64,000 nucleotides of DNA from Lama guanicoe (taxonomy: Eukaryota). The notes below the pieces were generated by a model that saw nothing but the letters and a program-made list of their open reading frames with translations, was not told the DNA's origin and ran no database searches. A program made the position numbers and the translations under genes. Positions 62,158 through 64,000 of the stretch are shown here, in pieces. Numbering within the stretch: position 1 is the first letter of the stretch; every line of letters begins with the position of its first letter. The stretch lies in the NCBI GenBank assembly GCA_013239625.1, contig MU053881.1, positions 3,927,957 to 3,991,956 on the forward strand. The letters run 5' to 3'.

Positions 62158-63477
62158 TTTTAATGAATTATTCTCTTAAGGTTTCCTTAAATGTGTACCA
62201 TATCCTTAGAGTCCCCAGCGGGTTCTGGGCCCCTGCTCTACTCCAGGTACTTCCTTCTCGTGTGTAAACTGAGTGAAAAGTGTGTGAGGATGAGGTGGGT
62301 GGATTGCTTCCTTGAAAATCTTTGGGGGGGGCAGTCACATAAGGAGAAAGTTCTGAAACTGCAGGGCCCTTAGAAGAGGCGGAGGCTGGAGTCCTGGACC
62401 ACCTTGCACAGCACAACCTCTACACTGAGTTCCAGGCAAACGGAGAGAGGTGGGTTGGGAGGCCCGCAGTCGGGTGTGGACCAGTCAGGACACTACGGCC
62501 AGTCCTGGACGGGAGGTCGGAGAGTTTCTTCTTCTTCAGGAAATCCTCAGGGTGTAAAGTCGGACCCGGTAATATAAAAACCCTGCCGAGACGTTTTAAC
62601 GGGAGCAGATATGTCAGGAGCATTCTCAGGCTCCAATTTTCTCATTATAAAACTGACCGAAGTGTAAAAAAACGCCCAGCGCACATTTAATATCTCTAAT
62701 ATGTGGCTGCCTTCTAGCCTCCGGAGAAGGACAGGTATTCATTTTCATAAATTACTTTTTAACTATTTTTTTTTCCAAAGGACGGGGGCGGGGATGGGGG
62801 TGGTGAAAGAAAACAGAGACAAAACAGATGCCTTCAACCCTTTGATCAGCCTCACTGCAGACAAGCAGGCTGCCCGCTAGCACCTCTTTAACTACAGCTT
62901 GCCAGGAGGAAAATGGGTGGTTTTAACTACAATTACAGTGCCTGCTGAAGGCCTGTCATCGCAGCCAGAGGGACCCGACCCCCAGCAGCTCCAGAATTAC
63001 AACCAGCGGGGCAGAGACTTAAATCCCCCCAGTGGCCAGCGGCTTCCACAGACCCAGAAGCTCAGGACCCGCCACCCAACCCCCTGCCGGGGTCTCCCAC
63101 CCCCGTCGCTATAAATATAGAAAACTCAAATCATACACACTAGCTCTGCTGGGCCAGACAGAGGAGAACGGAGCAGGAGACAGCGGTCTTATCTCACGCC
63201 CAGGAGTCGGGGAATGCGGCTGGAAGGGAGGGGAGGATGGGAGAGGCAGAGGTCAGGTTTCTGGAGGGTTCTGAGCAGAACAGGGGCAGCCTACTCGGAC
63301 TAGAACCACCAGTTGCCGAAGAGACTGAGAGCATCCAGGCTGGCCTCTGGGATATTAAGCATCAAATAGTTATTGACTTGTTTCCAAAGGAAAAAGAGGA
63401 GATGATAATGTTGACTCAGGCCACTATCCCCAGGCACAGGGTAGACCCTTGGAAAAAATCTCTTAGTTAAATAAGGA

Positions 63478-63850
63478 TCACTCATGTGGAATCTAAAGCA
63501 GAAAAAAGAAAGAAAGACACAAATGAACTTATTCACAAAACAGAAACAGACTCATAGGCACAGAAAACAAACTTATGGTTACCAGGAGGGGAATGGGGTA
63601 GGAAGGGATAAATAGGAAGTTCAAGATTTGCAAATACTAACTACTATATTTAAAATAGATAAACAGCAAGTTTCTTCTGTATAGCACAGGGAACTATATT
63701 CAGTATCTTGTAGCAACCTACAGTGAAAAAAAATATGAAAAGGAATATATGTATGTATATGTGTGACTGAAACATTATGATACATACCAGAAATTGACAC
63801 AACATTGCAAACTGACTATACTTCAATTAAAAAATAATAACAATTAACAA
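63478..63850 (+). mobile_element. L1 3' UTR fragment (camelid type)
   Basis: tcactcatgtggaatctaaa...aaaacagaaacagactcata...ctgtatagcacagggaactatattcag...ctgactatacttcaattaaaaaa; homologous to 20930-21310. Confidence 0.92.
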
Positions 63851-64000
63851 AACTAATGGGGGCTGCCAAAGTTTTAGAGGAGAAAATTGAAATTCATAGA
63901 AGTTCAGTGACCTGCCCATGGTCACCCAAGCAGGGCTGAGGGGGCTGATGCTGGAGGCCGGACTGGGATCCAGGTGTGTGCTGCCCATCTGAGGAAGGGC

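Noticed and set aside
1..64000. Short ORFs in the six-frame track as host genes
   Set aside because: Apart from L1 ORF2 pieces, none resembles a known protein; they overlap in all frames and often lie within repeats, as expected by chance
1..64000. Naming the host gene or locus
   Set aside because: The MIR-rich, enhancer-dense character fits several developmental gene neighbourhoods; no exon or diagnostic sequence permits a call without alignment

Overview
Non-coding mammalian DNA, most likely camelid (alpaca/llama/camel). The assignment rests on three tRNA-Ala-derived SINEs of the Vic-1 type and on artiodactyl-type L1 3' ends. I found no host protein-coding exon, RNA gene, CRISPR array or prokaryotic system. 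The only ORFs with recognisable protein are broken L1 ORF2 pieces. The window is a MIR/L2-dense intergenic or large-intron region with MaLR/ERVL LTRs, hAT MITEs and L1 fragments, separated by repeat-free blocks rich in transcription-factor motifs that look like enhancers. Family names are recalled from consensus sequences by eye, boundaries are approximate unless a target-site duplication (TSD) or terminal inverted repeat (TIR) fixes them, and many further MIR/L2 fragments are not listed. I cannot support a previously undescribed biological system. The best observations are mechanistic: a tail-less internal L1 fragment with a perfect 12-bp TSD, an L1 3' transduction, a twin-primed L1 inversion, a MIR apparently remodelled into a CpG micro-island, an RE1/REST consensus site and a 23-bp NKX2/nuclear-receptor palindrome.
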